A DNA stretch of 52,948 nucleotides, counting the filler, from Squatina squatina (Eukaryota), in the NCBI GenBank assembly GCA_031763465.1. It is 3 parts of 3 records of this genome, joined end to end, with 100 filler letters (N's around TTAATTAATTAA, not from the genome) between each part and the next. Parts side by side here need not be neighbours in the genome. Positions count along the whole stretch, not along the records: positions 40,597 to 52,948 come from JARFOE010000080.1; 2 more parts are not named here. One strand, given 5' to 3'. Positions 48,533-52,948 of this stretch are shown here, piece after piece. The position numbers were made by a program, and so were the translations under genes. The number at the start of each line of letters is the position of its first letter. Within the stretch, counting starts at the first letter, position 1. The notes below the pieces were generated by a model that had not been told where the DNA came from, did no database searches, and saw only the letters and a list, made by a program, of their open reading frames with translations.

Positions 48533-50328
48533 CTGGTATTTCCCTTTTGTGGTCAAGATGTTAGACAGATGACCTGCTTCCAGGCCTCTTCCAATGTCAC
48601 TCTTGAGTTAGCTGGTAGATGCTCTTTGGCAATAACACTTCTACTTATTCTCCCCATTCCCTATAGGGTGACACTGTTCCCTTAATTTCACGTTCAATAT
48701 AAAAAGTAGTAATCATCACTTTAAAAGTTACTTCATGATTGCAATCTCACAGATGAGATTGTTGAATTTAGTGTAGAAATGGAACTAGTGTCCCACCGCT
48801 GTATGCCACAGTACTCCAAAGTTCCCTGTCACGCTTCAATCCTATCTCTCTCTGATTTTGTGGAAAAGAGAGGAAATCAAAGGAAAGGTACAAAGGAGGG
48901 AGTAGATGGTCCTGCTGTGATTGTGCTTTTAACAGACGACATGAACAGGTTTACTATGACAAAACAGTCCAACAGGGATTTCTCTGACTTATCTCTGGAA
49001 GATGAGATCAACTTTGTGGTGAAAAAATATTTGCTGAGGTATATTATACTTTTAAGGAGGTCTTGCAGTGCCTTATCATGTAGCTGAGCAATGAGGATAG
49101 CTTGTATCATTGACAGATTTTCAGTAATTCTTTGGCTAGATGTAATGACCTGCTTGCTTCAGGCCTTCCCTACCAGTTGCTCAGAAACTTCAAGATGCAG
49201 ATTGTTCAAGAATCTGTGACCCTGAATAAGGTAGCAAAAATGCTGGCACGCAAACCAGATCACTTGAGTTTCAACCTGTTGATCTGCCACTATTTCTAAT
49301 GATGAGGACGAGCTCTATTCCCCAAGTGAGCTCCTTATTTAGTCTAGAGGCAACTCAAGTAATTGGCAGAATATTCAGTGGATGTTGTAACCTGATACCC
49401 ACCAAAATGTTTCTGATTCTCTACAATAAGAAGGTATTAGCTGAAAATTATAATTGGATGATCAGTTGGGAGAGAATCACATTTTTGAAATTAGATGTAT
49501 TTTAATGAGGTATGAGATGCATCAGGGTAGGAAGACATCAACAGTGCCAGTAACATAGATAATTGAACAGCTGTTGGGGAATTAAAAATGTTAATTTGAT
49601 GAAGAGGCAAGTGTAAGCTTACAAATTTACATGAGAACCTTACAGTGATTGTGTTTAGTTTACCTATCCTTACAAAGTGTAATTTGTGTCTACAATAAAA
49701 CGTAAGAAAACTAAATTACTGTACCTCTTAGGCATGTGCCTACGTTAACAAAATGCTTTGCTTCTTACAACTGTGTTTTACATCATTTTTGTTTTTTACA
49801 TTTCAGAAGACCTTTCAAGAAAACGATAATGCATTGCCCTTTTAAGAATCCCACAATTCTTTGTGAAATCACAGCCTCACTTTCTAAGGCTGTTGAAGCA
49901 GCAACATCACTTGGGCACGCCACATTGGAGCCTGCTCACCGAGACCAGTGCCACCAGGACGGCGCTACACTGTGTGCGATGGCACCAGCAGCTTTTGTGG
50001 CAGCCACAAATCTTTAGGCCACAGAAGTCATGTATGTTGCTAAATTCAAAAGAAGGGAGTGTGGCAAGAATAAGCCAAGGTGACTGACTGGTCATGTACA
50101 AAGACAAAGACCTGAATCAGGACATGGTCCAGGTGCTGTGCACGCTGCACGCACCTAAAGAGGCCACCAGCAGGACCCCAGCAAATTGGTCCACCTACCT
50201 CATTCGCTTATTACTGAGGGTGCCAGGCNNNNNNNNNNNNNNNNNNNNNNNNNNNNNNNNNNNNNNNNNNNNNNNNNNNNNNNNNNNNNNNNNNNNNNNN
50301 NNNNNNNNNNNNNNNNNNNNNNNNNNNN

Positions 50329-50444
50329 ATATGGGGATAGTGTGGGAAGGTGGAGTTGAGATAGAGAATCAGCCATGATCTTGTTGAATGGCGGAGCAGG
50401 CTCGAAGGGCCGAATGGCCTACTCCCGCTCCTATTTCTTATGTT
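50329..50444 (+). mobile_element. CR1 (or CR1-mobilised SINE) 3' terminus
   Basis: atcagccatgatcttgttgaatggcggagcaggctcgaagggccgaatggcctactcccgctcctatttcttatgtt. Confidence 0.9.
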
Positions 50445-50479
50445 TTTATTTATCTTGATCTCAAAAAAATTACTACGTG

Positions 50480-50748
50480 CAGCTTCCCTGCTGGCTCAGT
50501 TGGTAAGTGCACAGCCTGGTATGAGACTGAACCATATTGAATCCATGGTCTGTGTTGAGCAAGGTGGGACACTAGTGGCGGATGTTGCAATTGGCTGTAA
50601 TTCCCCTGGGCTAGGGAGGGGAAAGCTCAAGCAGGGTTGCTGCTCCTGATCACTGTCCACTGAACTCTGTTTGCTGTGTGGACCTTGGCTGAGAAGAGAA
50701 TCGGGCTCAGCTGCAATGCCCTCCATGATCAAATAGCCTGCTGACACT
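50480..50748 (+). mobile_element. tRNA-head SINE of a second family
   Basis: A-box tggctcagttggtaag; body shares a core with 39650-39840. Confidence 0.6.
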
Positions 50749-52875
50749 TTTGAAATGAGTTGCCTTATTGAGGCGACTCTGATTTGTAGTGGAGTAGGGC
50801 CTAAAAAGTCTTATCCTCTGAAGTAATTTACAGAATTATGATGTTATCTGCATCAAAGTGACAAGTGAAGCATTTGCTCTAACTGTTGAGGTGTCCCTTG
50901 ATACCATTGATACACAAAGATAATGCTTGTGCAGTTATCTCTCCAGTGCAAACAAATGTAAAAGCAGTAGAGTAAATAATGAAGCAGCTAATTACATCCA
51001 CTAGTCATGGACAATTGATTTAGCACTCCACACAGCAATGATTTCAGCAATTTGTATGGAACTGCCAGCTTTAATGCAATTCTAGAAAGTGCAGTGGGAT
51101 GCAGAGGTGCATTTCACAGCAGACTTGGTAACATGAGACAAACATGAGATACTTTTAACAATAAACATGTTAGGGCAAATTATAAATGCAAATCAATATG
51201 GGTATAATAAAATTGTTTTATATCAGCTGTTTACAATCACAGAATTCCCAAACACCACACCATTTCTTACTCATGCCACACAATTTATCAAATTTTATTT
51301 CATAATCATTTTATGCTAAACTTTTGGGCAGTCTAAGGCTNNNNNNNNNNNNNNNNNNNNNNNNNNNNNNNNNNNNNNNNNNNNNNNNNNNNNNNNNNNN
51401 NNNNNNNNNNNNNNNNNNNNNNNNNNNNNNNNNNNNNNNNACACCTATGTGTCACAGCCACCCGTTGCATTAACAGTCCTCTCCATAATTACCATGGATG
51501 CCCATCCTTTGATTCTACATCCTAAAAAGAAAACTCTTTAGACACGGTTGAAAATGAAGGTGCTCTGTTTCTTTGGCCAGCCATTTTCAGTTTTCTTCCC
51601 AGCAACAATGAATCAACCTTTATTACTTACAGCTGTACACTATTCCCACACCTGGCTGGCAGCAAGCTCCCCCTGGTAGACCCAATCTGGGCCAGGAGCT
51701 CACTGTGCATACGTAATGAGGACAACCTCAGGAAATCCCTGTGTGATGTCAGCAAGTACTAACCTTGTTGTGCTCCAGTCCTGGCTGTAGGTCTAAACTG
51801 TGCTCAAAGAATAATTGCAACTGAGTTTCTGTGAAACAAGGTCACAATTACTGAACCCAACAACAATTCTTAAAACAAGAATTTTACAATAAGCTGGGAC
51901 AACCTTCCCTTACCAGCTGATGCTTGTATCCATCTCATGCATGCATTGTATTAAAGACTACTGCAGTCATACCATGAAAGTACTGGCTTCAATATTTAAA
52001 ATTGGCTCATTAATAATGCACACTATAGTTAGAAAAGATCAAAATTAGAATTCCAAGTGTAGGTGCACTTCATTCCATGATAACACACATCCTTTCCTAT
52101 TAATGTACCCTGTTATTCTTCCATAATATGCAGCCCTGCAATCTACAAAACAAACTGTCAAACTGCAAGACAAAATCCTGAAACGTGCAGTATTAAAAAT
52201 GGTTGTACTGTCCATGAACACTAAACATTTTTCAATTGCCTGTGGTTTCTACAGACACAAACAAATAAAACAAAATCATTAAATTCAATCAGACAATATG
52301 AAGAGGTCACTTTTATGCTTCACTATGGGCAGATGGAACTGCACACTGAAAAGTAAGCTGTTCATTTTCAGTTCACAACTGATTTTACTAAAAAAAATTG
52401 TAAATTGTTTTCCTCCAGAACCAAATCACTTAGTTATTTCTCTATATATAAAATAATAAATGCACTATATGTCTCTGTATCTTTAAGGCTGCATTTTTCA
52501 TCTATTCATGGTCTAACCCTCTGTATTTGAGATAATAGCTGGTGTTCAGTGGCTAAGTGTGCAGTTCTATCCGTCACCCACCTTGTTCCTGAGCATTGAC
52601 AGGACATTAGAATCAAAAGCTATCTCCAACTTGGAGCCCCATGATAAAATCCATCAGCTGAACGTCAATGTTAGTTCTATAAAAGTGTAAGTGCTATCAG
52701 TGAAAACACTGAAAGGTTACTGGTCTGCTTTGATGATGAAGATTAGTACAGAGCTCCTCTGTATCTGTGCAGGAAGGAAGGCATTGTGAGATTAGATGCT
52801 GTCATGTCCAGATAGTGTGAGGAGGTATTAAACCGAGTGAATAGGATGCTGAGTGAGATACGTAGGATTACGTAG

Positions 52876-52948
52876 GATATACAGCACAGAAACAGGCCAT
52901 TCAGCTCAACCAGTCCATGCTTGCGTTTACATTCCACTTGAGCCTCCT
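52876..52948 (-). mobile_element. CR1-type 3' terminus
   Basis: Reverse complement ggactggttgagctgaatggcctgtttctgtgctgtatatc. Confidence 0.8.

Noticed and set aside
48779-49290. ORFs possibly derived from an old retroelement
   Set aside because: No conserved motif could be read with confidence, so it is left unassigned.

Overview
Vertebrate nuclear DNA from a fragmented short-read assembly. The repeat content (Deu-domain SINEs, CR1, RTE, Tx1, Harbinger and Penelope-type relics) points to a cartilaginous fish, probably a shark; this rests on my recall of repeat families, not a database search. The window is not one locus. Two artificial 100-bp linkers (44 N + TTAATTAATTAA + 44 N, at 27751-27850 and 40497-40596) join three separate pieces, each further broken by N gaps. 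Piece 1 (1-27750) has no recognisable host coding exon. It holds a CpG-retaining, repeat-poor regulatory domain (about 8.7-17.9 kb), a motif-dense, probably bidirectional promoter at about 17.0-17.35 kb, and two long degenerate palindromes. Piece 2 (27851-40496) holds the last coding exon of MRPL15 (minus strand) and a decayed Harbinger Myb/SANT gene with its intron intact. Piece 3 (40597-52948) holds two coding exons of an MTUS2-type gene (minus strand) in repeat-rich introns. I could not support a genuinely new biological system. The best leads are the ancient-looking palindromes, the regulatory domain of an unidentified gene, degenerate hammerhead-ribozyme relics, and two MTUS2 exons that are unaccounted for.
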